From Fidelibacterota bacterium (GTDB taxonomy: Bacteria; Fidelibacterota; Fidelibacteria; Fidelibacterales; Fidelibacteraceae), in contig JASGMP010000003.1 in the NCBI GenBank assembly GCA_030156395.1, forward strand, positions 32,711 to 64,710: a stretch of 32,000 nucleotides of DNA. Direction: 5' to 3'. A program made the translations under genes and the position numbers. The notes under the pieces are model-generated. The model saw only the letters and a program-made list of their open reading frames with translations, did not search any database and was not told the DNA's origin. This document shows, in pieces, positions 31,709-32,000 of the stretch. Every line of letters starts with the position of its first letter. The first letter of the stretch is position 1.

Positions 31709-32000
31709 TTGAGTGACTCTTATACATCGGGCAACGCAGGTCCTTCAGCCCAGGGGGACTGTTTTGTAACCCTGACACTGAAGGAATCCGGTGGAATCAC
31801 CGTAAATATCCAGAGTAAAGTCGCAGATCTTTTCGGAAAATCCATACGTGATCTTTGTCTGGACATGATGGAATACTACGGCATTCCAGATGCCCATCTA
31901 ACGATAGAAGATCAGGGTGCCCTGCCGTTTACCTTGAGAGCCAGACTGGAAGCGGCTGTTCGAAAAGCATTTCCTGACAGCAAGCCTTTTCGGGTTACGG
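31709..32000 (+). CDS. citD: Citrate lyase acyl carrier protein (gamma subunit)-like, 5' partial (runs off window)
   Basis: Absent from the ORF track because it is open at the window end. My own translation from TTG 31709 reads LSDSYTSGNAGPSAQGDCFVTLTLKESGGITVNIQSKVADLFGKSIRDLCLDMMEYYGIPDAHLTIEDQGALPFTLRARLEAAVRKAF. This is colinear by eye with E. coli CitD (…AGTLESGDVMIRI…INSSVEKQFG…DDKGALDCILRARLEA…). Confidence 0.6.
   Translation, partial: MSDSYTSGNAGPSAQGDCFVTLTLKESGGITVNIQSKVADLFGKSIRDLCLDMMEYYGIPDAHLTIEDQGALPFTLRARLEAAVRKAFPDSKPFRVT

Noticed and set aside
1-32000. Scan for CRISPR arrays, tRNA/rRNA genes, transposases, integrases, phage genes, and a genomic-island signature around the motor operon.
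   Set aside because: I noticed none by eye: no spaced direct repeats, no tRNA-like T-arm (GGTTCGAAT-type) motifs, and no recombinase motifs in any supplied translation. Composition looks uniform. A short or degenerate element could still have been missed without computation.

Overview
Densely coding window from a diderm (outer-membrane-bearing) bacterium. I saw no rRNA, tRNA, CRISPR, transposase or integrase signatures by eye. All product calls come from motif and architecture recognition in the supplied translations; no database search was run.

Two strand blocks:
- Minus strand, 111-19778: ychF; a MotA + two MotB-paralog stator locus; flavin reductase-like and degenerate ANL-like genes; a GAF/HD-GYP c-di-GMP phosphodiesterase; an exported beta-barrel protein; sixA; plsC; a rubrerythrin-like protein; the eight-gene operon described below; and an eRF1/Pelota-like gene.
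- Plus strand, 19955-32000: yjbQ; a translationally coupled shikimate/aromatic amino acid supraoperon (chorismate mutase, DAHP synthase, a TyrA-PheA fusion, aroA, aroE, aroC, aroK, aroB, aroQ); a TlpA-like thioredoxin lipoprotein; a CPBP protease; three exported or membrane proteins of unknown function; and the 5' part of a citD-like gene.

Main candidate for a new system: the eight-gene operon at 18460->10622 on the minus strand. It is bracketed by a near-consensus sigma70-type promoter and a strong intrinsic terminator. Its products, in order, are two lipoproteins, CpoB/YbgF-like TPR proteins, a beta-barrel-TPR fusion, canonical MotA/MotB, a truncated and remodelled FliF-like ring protein, and a FliG-like protein. 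No export-apparatus, C-ring (FliM/N), rod, hook or filament gene lies anywhere in the window. I read it as a self-contained rotor-stator module tied to the outer envelope. Whether it is non-flagellar depends on the rest of the genome, which I cannot see.
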